A DNA stretch of 64,000 nt from Lama glama (taxonomy: Eukaryota). The stretch's first letter is position 1, and every line of letters starts with the position of its first letter. The notes beneath the pieces are model-generated. The model had not been told where the DNA came from and did not search any database. It saw only the letters and a list, made by a program, of their open reading frames with translations. Below, piece after piece: positions 26,560-37,359 of this stretch. The position numbers and the translations under genes were made by a program. The stretch spans positions 3,288,001 to 3,352,000 of the forward strand of contig CM052818.1 in NCBI GenBank assembly GCA_028534125.1, in the 5' to 3' direction.

Positions 26560-28215
26560 GTCCCTGTGATGGGAGCTTAGAGGAGGGAGCCCCTAAGTCT
26601 GCTGGGGAAATCAAAGAAGACTTCCCAGAGGTGGCAATATTTTAGACGACTACAAAGGGAAGAGTCAGGGTTCGCCAGGAGAACAGGGGCACGGGGGAGG
26701 CTTGCCTGGTCAAGTGAGTGGCTTGTGAAAAGGCACAAGAAAGCCCTGCATGTTTGAGGAACTGTGAGTCATTTGGTGTAGGTGGAGCGTGAGCTAGGGC
26801 GGGGCCTCCCGTGCCAGGTTGAGGGTCAGGGTTTTGTTTTGGCCTAAGGAGCCGTGGAGGAGTTTTGAGCAGAAGAGTAACATGAGTAACTTCCATCTCA
26901 GGACTCTGTCAGCCCAAGGAGAGTGGATTAACAGGGAGAGGACAGCAGGCTGGGAGTCCTGTGGAACGACTATTGCAGTAGTTTGGCCTGAAGTGGGGCA
27001 GTGGGGGTGCAGAGGGCGGGTGGGAGGGAGAGACTCGGGAGGAGCCAGCAGAACGTGGCCGCCCAGAATTGACTGGATGGGGCAGTGGGAGGAGCGAGGA
27101 GGTGAAGATGACCCCGGTGTTGCTAACTCGGGAAACTGGCTCCATGGTGGTACCTTTTGCCTGGATAAAGAACACATGAGGCAACAAACGATAAATGCTG
27201 GAGAGGGTATGGAAAAACCCTCCTACACTGTTGGTGGGAATGTAGTTTGGTGCAGTCATTATGGAAAACAGGAGATTCCTTAAAAAATTGACCATAGACT
27301 TACCATATGACCCAGCAATCCTACTCCTGGGCATAGAATCTGGAGGGAACTCAAATTTAAAAAGGTATATGCACCCCAATGTTCATAGCAGCACTATATA
27401 CGTTAGCCACGACATGGAAACAAACTAAATGTCCATCAACAGATGACTGGATAAAGTTGTGGTGTATTTATACAATGAAATACTACTCAGCCATAAAGAA
27501 TAATAAAATAATGCCATTCGCAACAACATGGATGGACCTGGAAATCGTCATAAGTGAAGTAAACCAGAAAGAGAAAGAAAAATACCGTATGACATCACTT
27601 ATATGTGGAATCTAAAAAAAAAAAAAGACACAAATGAACTTATTTATAAAACAGAGACAGATTCACAGACATAGAAAACAAACATGGTTATTAGGAGAGG
27701 AAAGGAGGTGGGAAGGATAAATTAGGAGTTTGGGATTTGTAGATACTAACTACTATATATAAAATAAACAACAAAGTTCTACTGTATAGCACAGGGAACT
27801 ATATTCAATAACTTGTAATGGCCTATAATGAAAAAACATGGAAAAGAATATATATATATATGAATCACTATACTGTACATCAGAAATAAACACATTATAA
27901 ATTGACTATACTTCAATTAAAAAAACACATTGGGCAGAGCAAGTCGGGGAGGACAATGCCTTGAATATTGAAAGTGGCACTTGGACGTGGAGGTGGACAT
28001 GGCAATGGGCAGTTGGAGCAAGGGGGAGAGGTGAGGCCAGGCATACAGACCAGGGGGAGTGGAGAATGAGAGTGAAAGGGCTATGGAGGGATCCTCAGGG
28101 AGAAAGGCTCCATGAAAGATGGAGAGGAGTCGTCTTTGAGGCACACGATGCAAAAACCTGGGTCCCAGGAGCCAGTGGAGCAGAAAAGACCTAGGAGGAA
28201 AAGCAGCAATGCAAA
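26560..28215 (+). mobile_element. L2 element split by the L1 at 27184-27926
   Basis: aagacttcccagaggtggcaatatttt...ggagagttttgagcagaagagtaacatg...gatgaccccggtgttgctaactcgggaaactgg; L2-like sequence resumes after the L1 poly(A). Confidence 0.6.
27184..27926 (+). mobile_element. 5'-truncated L1 (ORF2 C-terminus, 3'UTR, poly(A)) inserted into an L2
   Basis: Degenerate ORF2 end MFIAALYTLATTWKQTKCPSTDDWIKLWCIYTMKYYSAIK...FATTWMDLE...SLICGI; poly(A); imperfect TSD aacacatgaggca / aacacattgggca. Confidence 0.92.
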
Positions 28216-28235
28216 CACTTGAGAAAATCAGATTC

Positions 28236-28370
28236 CTGGGGGTGGGGGTGTAGCTCAGTGGTAGAGCACATGCTTGGCGTGCGCAAGGTCCTGGGTTCAA
28301 TCCCCAGTGCCTCCTTTAAGGGGAAAAAATAAAAATAAAAATCAATAAATAATAAATTTAAAAAAGAAAA
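28236..28370 (+). mobile_element. tRNA-Ala-derived SINE (camelid Vic-1-like) with A-rich tail and 14-bp TSD
   Basis: GGGGGTGTAGCTCAGTGGTAGAG (A box), GGTTCAATCC (B box 28294-28303), A-rich tail; AGAAAATCAGATTC at 28222-28235 and 28371-28384. Confidence 0.9.
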
Positions 28371-31300
28371 AGAAAATCAGATTCTCTGTGGGGCCCTGGG
28401 GATGTAGTCATGGGAGTCACTGATGCCCTTGTAAGGGTGCAGCGCAGGGTGGAGGGGACAGAAGGGGTTTGGGGAGTGAGTGGAGTGAACACGGTGACGC
28501 AGAGGGAAGCTGGGCTGCATCTGGACCATATGGCGCTTCTGTGCGAATTAGAACAAGGCACCCCTTCCTCCAGGCAGATCTGGAGCATGCTGGCTTGGCA
28601 AGAGAGGGGTGGCCTTCAGCCCCATGTGCCCCACAGTGGGGCATCTGTATGCCGTGGTCCCTCTAGTATGGCCAGCCCTCTGGAAACTGACTGAGAAGGA
28701 AGGAGAGAAATAGTCATTGACTAAGGGGGATGCTGGGCCATGCAAGGGGGTTGTTTTTTAAGACGTAAGAGCCTGGTGCATGCTCACTGCTGCATGCTGC
28801 CTGTGAGGAGAAAGTGCAGGACAGGGGAGCCCTGGCAGGAGCCCTGGCAGGAGGGGACAAGGCTGGTGTCGCTGCCATGGGTTTGGGGGAAGGAAGGGGG
28901 CTGAAGGGCTGTGTGCCGAGCCCGGAGCCTGGGGCCCAGTGTGCAGGCTGGTGCTGCAGGCAGGAGTTAGCTGAGGATCTCTGCACTAGGACGTGGGAGA
29001 GGACCCACAGCAGGCACACGGAGCCTGCCCGGCCCGGGTGACCGGTGGTGCCGGTACTCAAGACTGGGTGACGTGCAGACTGCCGGGCAGCGGGCCCAGA
29101 ACAGCACAGGCCAGGCTGGGAGGGTCTTGGCACGGAGCTTTTGTCTATTTATTGTTTTACTTTTTACTATGGAACATTTTCGAACACACCCAAAAGTTGC
29201 GGGAAACTCAAGTGAACCCTTAATGCCTTTCATTTAGCTTCAATAGTGGTTACTATTGTCCGTGTTATTTTATTATCCCCCATCTTAAAATTTTTTAATT
29301 TAAAAAAATTTATAAAAATTTAAATAGACTTTATTTTTTAGAGCAGTTTTAGGTTCACAGCAAGATTGAGCAGAAGGGACAGAGATTTCCCACACACTCC
29401 TGGTTAAAACCTATTTTTTTGGAAGTAACTTTAAAGTTACAGAACTTGCAAGAACAAGTTTCTTTACTTTTAAGGACTGTTTTTCTTATTAAAGAACATA
29501 TTCTCAGAATGAATATGGAAGAAAATCAAGCTCTTTGTGATCCTGCGACCCCGAAACAAGTACTGTCATTGTTTTGGTGTATTTCCTCCCAGTCTTTTTT
29601 CTATGCTCATATAAGTATTTTCAGTTGGACTGTTTTGTCCCGCGGCTAACTGCCTTTCTGTCTGGTCGTCCACCCGAGCTGGCTCAGCCCCAGGGCCATC
29701 ACCCCCGAATCCTTCCACAGAGTCTGCCAGGAGCAACAACAATCAGTCCAAGTTTGTGGTTGGCAGATGCCTTCACTCCCTGGTTTCAGGGTTAATGCAG
29801 GTCTCCCCTTTAACATTCCTTTCATTTTTGTTTTTCTTGGATAAAAGTGGTTGATTCCTGGGGGGGTTAAGGTGCCCAATGCTCCTTGGGCCGCCATCTC
29901 GCCCACCTCCCATGCTCATCTGTCTGGAATTGGGGCATCTGAGTCTTTCTCCCCCACTCACCTGTGAACTCTGACGTAGGGCTCAGATCTGATTCATCTC
30001 TCAGCATGAAGCAGGGTTGGCCTCAAGAAATATGTCTGGAATTGAATCAACCCACTTATTTGGCATTGCCCATCCCTACCTAGCTGTAGACTCAGGGTGC
30101 CTTAACGCTAATTTATAGCCACCAGCCCGGTGCCTGGCACATACTAGGTGCTCGATAAATGTCTGTTACTGCTTCTGCCAGTAACCTGGAGATTTCCATT
30201 CGTGTTGGAGCTCCGCTGGCTTTTCCTTCTTCCCTTTCCTGCCTTCCCTGACTTCTTCCAGATGGGAAAACAGAGAGACCATGTTGACAGGCCAGAGGGA
30301 AGGTGCCTCCCTTTGTGCCCCCCGTTCCTGTAAGTCAGGAGCAAAGTCGAGCTGGCAGTGGATTCAAAAGAAGCAGTTCCCCGCACTGAGGCTGTTTTAT
30401 ATGTTTGTGTTGCCCACGATACCAGTTATCATTATCAGCAATTAAAACTATTTCAGGGTCAGTTCAAAGGTGCCTTTGAGGTGTTTTAAGTCGGACAGAA
30501 GTCCTCCATGTGCTGAGCTTTAAGCCGGCGTTTCCTGGTGTCATTACAAGCCCTCTTGTGCTTGGAGAATACTCCATCTCTATATTTTGATTTGCCTGAA
30601 CATTTCATAAATTTCAGGAGTGTTTGTCAAAAGTGGGTTAACGTCTCCAGAGCTGTTTGCACTGCCTTACAAGTCCCACTCCCAACCTCAGTTAAGTGGA
30701 AGGGACCATGGAGCTGGGAGAGGAGGAGGGGGATCTGCATGGGGTCTTTCCTTAGGGCTGGTCCCTCTGGCCAAGCAGAATCCCCAGGCCTCTGTGGCCC
30801 AGACGGAGGGTGGCAGAAATCAGAGCAGGAAGGGATGGGGCTTGGTCTAGGGTGGGGACTTCAGGAATTGGGAGGAAGGCAGGAACCCAGTTTGGAGGGC
30901 TGGGCAGTGGGGAGGGGAGCGGGGAGGCCCTCAGAACACCTTAAGTGACCTTATATTTGATTGAAAGGTAACGATAGGGAGAGAACCGGTCTGGGTATTT
31001 TGAACTTCTAAGGAGTTAGTCAGTGACTTGTTCTGACCAACTGTTGGTTGGCTCTGGCCTTGACCCCGGCCTGGAGGGCTAGCACTGGCAATGAGGCCTG
31101 GGATCACTGTTCCCTAAGCACCTCCAAGGCCCTCTGGGACCCTCCAGGGTGACAGTTGGCGCTGAGTGTCTTGCTCCCTGCTGACAGAGTGGGTTCAGCT
31201 GTGGGCTGAGCTGGGCGGCTTGCGGGTGTAGGGCTTCTAACCAGGTGGGAAAGGAGGGTGGAGGGCAACCCAAATGGAGGAAGAGGTCCTGGAACAGTGG

Positions 31301-32272
31301 AGAGCTCGGCCAGGGCCCCTCGGGCAGGAGTGCTCTGTCCCACAGCTGTGCCCGGGACCCAGAAAGGGGACCAGCCAATAAAGAGCTGTTCTGTCAGGGT
31401 GCCTTTGGCCATGACTGCTGTGAGTGCTGGGCAGTTCCCACTCAGGGACAGCGGTGCTGGGTGTGTGATTTGGGAATAGGGAACCTGCCAGTACTTTGGG
31501 GTTCCCCACACGCCTTACTTTGATCAGAGCCCACCTAGACACCCCTGGGCTCTGATCTGAATCCGTAACTAGATTCTTGTGCAGAACTCACCTCTTTGCC
31601 CCTCTTTTCAGCTTGAAGACCTGATGCCATAACCCACTGAGGTGCAATCCCTGAAGAAGCCGGTGCCCAGCTCCCTGGAGCTGTGCCATCAACCCTCCTC
31701 ACTCACACCAGCCCTGGGACAGGGGCTCAGGACGGACTGGGGCAGGAGCTGTGCTGCGTGAGGCAGGCAGTGGGGGACCTTGCTCATGGGGGTGACAGCC
31801 CAGAGGTAGGAGGAACAGGGGGTGTCATGTCCCTGGCCCCGCACGGGTGGGAGCAGAAGGCGAGTTGACCCACTTCTGGCTGTGGCTGTGGCTGCTTCAC
31901 TGCTTAGCCTGCACGTACATGCTGGGCTTCAACTCTTCAAAACCGGGCTGGGAAACATCTGCGTTCATTAGTTTGTACGCCATGGTGATGGGACCTCCTA
32001 GCTTTCTGAGCCGGCATGTGTTCCCAGAGGCCAATAAACAGTGGGTGCCTCCAATAAATATGATTGTAATACTCCCTATAAGTGTGTGTGCAAGTAAGTC
32101 TGTGAAATCAAAGGTGGGAGCAGAATTCCACGTGTGTGTTGCACAATTTCTCAGGCGTTTTGAACTGAGAACTGTAGTGTGACTGTGTGTTTGATGTGGG
32201 TCTTTGTGTGCAGGATGTGTGCGCAGTGTGTGAGGAGTGCGTTTTGTGAACATGTGTATATGTGTGATAAGG

Positions 32273-32276
<4 letters not shown>

Positions 32277-32303
<27 letters not shown>
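32277..32303. repeat. (TG)n microsatellite
   Basis: About 13 perfect TG units. Confidence 0.95.
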
Positions 32304-32306
<3 letters not shown>

Positions 32307-33754
32307 CAACCAGCTACATAATTTACAGGGCCTGGTGCAGAATCAAAGTGTGGGCTTCTTGTTCCAAATTGTTGGGAATTTCAAGACAGAACAACAGAGC
32401 ATCAAGCCAAGCTCAGGCCTTTTTGAACGCAGGGCCCCACGGGACCTCGCAGGTCGAATGCCCATGCAGTTGGCCCTGGCTGGAGAAAGCCACCTCCTGT
32501 CTCTCCTCAACCTGTTTTTTTTTTTTTTTCTCTGTCTTGAAAAGTCCTTGAATCCCCCTTTGCTCTCTCTCCATCCAGCTCCCAGGGTGACCTTGACCAT
32601 GGGAGTGTGGGGTGCTGGCTCGCCAGGGGCAGCCTGGAGAGGAGCTGCAGAGCCCCGTGCACAGCAAGGACTGGTGGCACCTTTCCTGCCCCTCCTGGTG
32701 TTGCAGTCTGGGTCCTGCTGGGGACACCAAAATCCGTAAGGTGTCTTTTGGTTCTTTGTACAAAATGATTTCCTGAGAATGTGTGTGTGCCCTCCCAGGC
32801 CCACCTTGCACCCCGGGGCCCTGCCCACCACCCTCAGGGCTTGAAGACAAGACTCAGGCTCCTCTCGGGGCCTCTTGGGCCCCCTCTGGGCCCCCAGAAG
32901 TTGTCAGGCAGCAGACACAGTAAAGAGAAAGAGGCAGCACCGCCACCGGGGCATCCCCACCGCTCACCAAGGGCCTCAATTCTCAGGGGCCTTGGTGGTC
33001 CCCGTCATGGGCTCATGCTGCTTCACAAGACTGTCCTGGTAGGAAGGAATGGCAGAGGGGTATCAGGGAGTGGGGCCAGCACTGGGGGGGCAGAGCCCAC
33101 AGCCCCGGAGTCTCAGTGGCAGGTGTGGAGGGTGGGGACTGCCCGAGTCCTTCCTGTTGATTGTCCTGATTTGCCTCCCTCCTCTCGGGTCAGGTGTGGG
33201 GTGCCTGCCTCAGAGCACACTCTGGAGATGCTCATGGGTAATCATGAGGGTGTTCCCACTCCATTACCTTTATTTGTCAATAATTAACCACGATTTCCTA
33301 GGTCCTGGGAGGAGGCAGTGTCACCTGGCCTGCCCCAGCTGGGCTAGCTCATAGTGCACCATTAACATAGCAATTCCAAGGTTTCTGAGTGGTTCTGGGG
33401 CGTTCCAGGTATGGGCATCTCCCCAGGTTTAAGGGAACTTGAGAACTTATGTCACCATGTTCCTGATCCTCACCAGGGACCTGTCCCTAAACCCAACCCC
33501 TTCCAGCTCCCCTAGTAACCATGAGACCCGTGTGCTTCTGTCTTCGGGACCCCAGATGGGACTGTGTGGACAGCCACCCTGGAGGGCTTCCCTGAGGAGG
33601 GCCACCTGCCTCAATTCAAAGGACCCAGAAGAGTAAATGTTGTGGGGGGGTGGGAGGCAAGGTGGGCTAGAGAGGGAACTTAAGCCCATATGGTTGGGCA
33701 GGAGTGGAGATGACTATAAACTCGTCAGTCACCGGCCATGGGGCTTTGCCTGCC

Positions 33755-33756
<2 letters not shown>

Positions 33757-33791
<35 letters not shown>
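33757..33791. repeat. (AG)n microsatellite
   Basis: About 17 perfect AG units, ~2.8 kb upstream of the ASPRV1 ATG. Confidence 0.95.
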
Positions 33792-33794
<3 letters not shown>

Positions 33795-33804
33795 AGGCCT
33801 CATG

Positions 33805-33975
33805 ACAAGCTGGCTTTCCAGAAAAAAAAAATCTTGAGTTTGAATTTGCCAATTTTTGTGGTATAAATACTTCCACCAAGTTCAATTTCAAGTCCCCAGT
33901 TGGCTTAACAACTGGCTCACAAAATTCTCAAAATATTTAGCAACAGCTCTTGCTCATGGCCCATTAGATCACTGT
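33805..33975 (-). mobile_element. MER63A-like MITE
   Basis: tttgccaatttttgtggtataaatacttccacc...aacaactggctcacaaaattctcaaaatatttagcaacagctct is reverse-similar to the 24400-24750 element. Confidence 0.55.
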
Positions 33976-36579
33976 CCCCATCAGTGAGGCCAGCAACAGT
34001 ACAAGCTCCAGGACCCAGCTGTACACCTCCTGAGCCCACCGCACCCACGTCCTGGCCTTTATTTGCAAAGTGCCTTTGCATGCACTGGACAGCTTCGGCT
34101 CCAGGCACGCCATTTAGCCATTCGAGTTTCTTGTGTTTCAGAGTCCTGGAGTACAGTAGCCGGTCTGTCCTGCAGGTTGTCATAGCGCTCACTGAAGTGA
34201 TGGATGTGAAATGACTTTTGCCAAAATGAACGCCAGACCTAATCAAGTGAGTACCACGACCCAAGTCCCAGGGACCTCCCGTTTCTAGCCCAGAGCAATG
34301 GGGAGATTGACTTCAGTGTCCACCATGACGGTTTGAAGAGCCACAGTTGGCATCTAGCAGTTCTGTTTTGCCAGCTGACAAGCCACCTTGCCTCTTACTG
34401 CCCTGGGTCACATGCCAGCCTCCTCACTCATTCCCACTTCCAGGGGACCAGGTGTTCGGGGGAACGAATACCAGGGAGCCATGAAGACACTAGGTCAGTT
34501 CTCTGGGCCATGGGACAGTGCCCATCCCAGGGGCTGGGAGTCTGTCCGCAAAAGTCCACTTGCACAGGGGGCTTCCTGGTCTTGTGGGGGTGGGGCCGTT
34601 TCTCTGGGTGCAGGGTTTGCATTGTGCAATCTTCTCGGAGACCCACCTGCCCTTGACACCTTTCTCATGACTCCACTTCCCCCTCCTCTGGGCTTCTGCA
34701 GTGGCATGATGGCCCCACCTCAGCCAGGCAGCTGTGATGGGAGGCGCTGACCCAGCTGCCTCTCTGCTGGCTCACTGTGTCAGGTGGAAGGGGCTGAGAC
34801 AGCCACAGGGCTCAAGGTCCTTTGGCATGGTGGGGACCCAGGGACTGCCCAGAGGCAGGACTGGAGTCGGGGTCCTTGGGGACTCAGCCAGGCGCTGCTG
34901 ATGAGTGGTACAGGGAGCTGGTGAGAAACAGGCTCTGGGCCAAGAAAAACAGCCCAGAGCCACAGGTGTGCTGCTGGTTCTCGGTCCTCTCCTGTCTTCA
35001 TCTCCCCTGTTTGGTGACAGCACTCAACCAGGCCTGGAGCCCAGCAGAGAGCACCTGCTGGCCCCGGAGTAAGTTTCTCCCCATAGACCCTGAAGGCAGT
35101 CATGCACGCTGGCTCACCGCAGGTGGCACACTTGTCAGTGAACTAGCACAGTACACTCCACACTCGCTCAAATGGGAGCGGGCACACGAGCGGAGGGGGG
35201 CAGAGCAGGAGGCTCTGTGGACAGGTGACATTTAAGCAGGGCCATAAAAGTGGGTACCCCCAACAGTCCCAGTTTCCTTGCACAGGCCCCAGCCAGGCGC
35301 CGGCCCTAGGCCTCCCAGATCTGCCTCTGGGCATCTGTCGGGTGGCTCAGGGTGGCCCGGCACAGCCCCACCTCCACCCCAGCAAGAGGTCCTGCAGCCA
35401 CCCTTCTCCATCTGAGGCCTTCCAGACTCTCACCACTGGCTTTGCTAATAACATGGTGGACGTTTACGCCTCTTGGAACGAAGGAGTGGAATTCCCTGGC
35501 TGCTCTTTCCATAAATGACCCACTAAGAGGGTAGGAGTAGGAGGGCTGCAGCGCCTAGAGACAGGGCTCTTGGAAGTTTCCTGGAAAGTGAGCCAGGAGG
35601 AGTCGAGCATGGGGCCCGCCCAGAGCTGGATCCCAATTCCGGACCCCGGCACCCACTCCCAGAAGTTCAGGATTGGCACCAGCCCACTTCAGAGCCTTAA
35701 TGAGGACGCACAGGCCAGGGCCTAGCCCACAAATGCTGACTCTGAATCACGTGTGATCAACAAGGGGAAATGACTTTAGCAATTGTGTTCATGAAAAATG
35801 CTTGTGTGTGTGTCCCCTTCTTTAAAAACCTATTTCTGGGCATTCTTGATTCTGGGACCCTGCTCCATCTCTCTCTGAAGGAGAATCATATGGTGTTCTA
35901 CACTTGGTTCAGAAAATACTGGAAATACCCACCCGTGCATCACGCCAAGCAAGAGTGCAGGAAATGTAAGCTGCTTTCCTTTAACCCCCTCGAAGGGGTC
36001 ACTTGAGGTTGAGGGCAAAGGGGCTTCCCCAGTCTAGAAGCTGATGGGCCTCGGGCTCCTGCCTCCCCCTTCCTCCTCCAGCTGATGACAAACACCAGGA
36101 TGTCTCAACGTCCTCCGTGTCCTCATCTGTTATTCTGGGACACAGCCTGGGGAAGGTACCTGAGTAAGGCCCCCCTGAGCGAGGCTGGCTCTTCTTGCCA
36201 CGTGGGCTGGCCGGTACCGGCCCCGTGGATGGAGGCAGAAGGGTGAGGCCCTGATCCTGCTCGTTGGACAGGATGCTGGCAGGAGGGTGGGAGGAGCAGG
36301 GGTGGAGCTTCCAGAACAAAGGTGAACAGGGAGCCCTGGGGGCCCAGGTAGGCATCAAAAAGGCTCTGCAGAGCGAGCAGGCCACAGCAGCTGCCCGCCT
36401 CTGCGCCCAGCAGTAGGTCACACAACCCTCGCCTGGTTCCTCCTGCCTGCCCCGGACAGGCACCAAGGAACACTTCGCGTAGAGAGGCCCTGTTCTCCAG
36501 CGTGATTGCGCCCACACTGCTCTGTGGCTTTCTCTACGTGGCGTGGGTTGCTGCTGCAGTTCCAGAGGACAGCAGAGGG

Positions 36580-37359
36580 ATGGCCGGGAGCCAAGCCAGC
36601 AGCCGGGAGGGCCGTCGGGAGCGTGCCTTTGTCCCAGAGCCTTTCGATGGAGCCAGTGCGGCCCCGCACCTCTGGCTGCACCGCTTTGAGGTCATCAACG
36701 ACCTCAACCACTGGGACCAAGTCACCAAGCTGAGGTCCCTGAAAGAGTCCCTCAGGGGCGATGCCCTGGAGGTCTACAGAGGACTGAGTCCCGAGGACCA
36801 GCAGGACTATGGGGCTGTGAAAGAGACCCTCCTGAAGGCCTTTGGGGGGCCCAGGGCCACCCACAGCCACCTGCCCAAGGAGATCGTCTTTGCCAACAGC
36901 ATGGGTAAGGGTTACTACCTCAAGGGGAAAATTGGCGATGTGCCCGTGAGGTTCCTGGTGGACTCCGGGGCCCAGGTCTCTGTGGTCCACCCGAGCTTGT
37001 GGGAGGAGGTCACCGATGGTGACTTGGACACCCTGCGGCCCTTTGAGAATGTGGTGAAAGTGGCCAACGGGGCCGAAATGAAGATCCTGGGCATCTGGGA
37101 TACAGTGGTGTCCCTGGGCAAGCTGAAGCTGAAGGCAGAGTTCCTCGTGGCCAACGCAAGTGCGGAGGAAGCCATCATTGGGACCGACGTGCTCCAGGAC
37201 CACAACGCCGTCCTGGACTTCCAGCATCGCACGTGCACACTGAAAGGGAAGAAGTTCCGCCTGCTGCCTGTGGGAGGGTCCCTGGAAGATGAGTTTGACC
37301 TGGAGCTCATAGAGGAGGATCCCTCCTCAGAGGAGGGCAGGGAGCAGCTCTCCTGTTGA
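36580..37359 (+). CDS. ASPRV1: Retroviral-like aspartic protease 1 (SASPase), 259-aa SASP28-type precursor, single coding exon
   Basis: ORF reads [24 protein letters not shown]...[37 protein letters not shown]...VKVANG...IIGTDVL...[24 protein letters not shown]. Catalytic DSG at 36961-36969 and retropepsin IIGTD motif. First in-frame ATG (36580) has a strong Kozak context (gggATGG). The track's start at 36502 is a GTG. Near-identical to human ASPRV1 residues ~85-343 as recalled. Confidence 0.97.
   Translation: MAGSQASSREGRRERAFVPEPFDGASAAPHLWLHRFEVINDLNHWDQVTKLRSLKESLRGDALEVYRGLSPEDQQDYGAVKETLLKAFGGPRATHSHLPKEIVFANSMGKGYYLKGKIGDVPVRFLVDSGAQVSVVHPSLWEEVTDGDLDTLRPFENVVKVANGAEMKILGIWDTVVSLGKLKLKAEFLVANASAEEAIIGTDVLQDHNAVLDFQHRTCTLKGKKFRLLPVGGSLEDEFDLELIEEDPSSEEGREQLSC
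36898..37305 (+). other. ASPRV1: Predicted mature SASP14 protease domain (136 aa) between autoprocessing sites FAN|SMG and DLE|LIE
   Basis: Both known self-cleavage junctions are present; S codon 36898 to E codon 37303-37305 gives 136 codons, the length of human SASP14. Confidence 0.85.

Noticed and set aside
24837..27615. ORFs with L1 ORF2-like peptides as functional genes
   Set aside because: Short, frameshifted, 5'-truncated L1 fragments.
28244..28314. tRNA-Ala gene
   Set aside because: A-rich tail, TSD, non-eukaryotic GGC anticodon, stem mismatches and two diverged sibling copies identify it as a SINE.
1..36000. Protein-coding genes or mappable PCBP1-AS1 exons in the left 36 kb
   Set aside because: No ORF resembles a known protein apart from L1 pieces; lncRNA exons cannot be located from sequence alone.
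36502..36579. ORF-track start for ASPRV1 (285 aa)
   Set aside because: The start codon is GTG; the first ATG, in strong Kozak context, is at 36580.
36838..36855. TTTGGGGGGCCC at the Gag-protease boundary as a ribosomal frameshift signal
   Set aside because: The two domains are already in frame and the run does not fit X XXY YYZ phasing.
36418..37227. 269-aa antisense ORF (and the 174-aa ORF at 36915-37439) over ASPRV1
   Set aside because: Shadow ORFs expected from a GC3-rich sense CDS; no recognisable domain.
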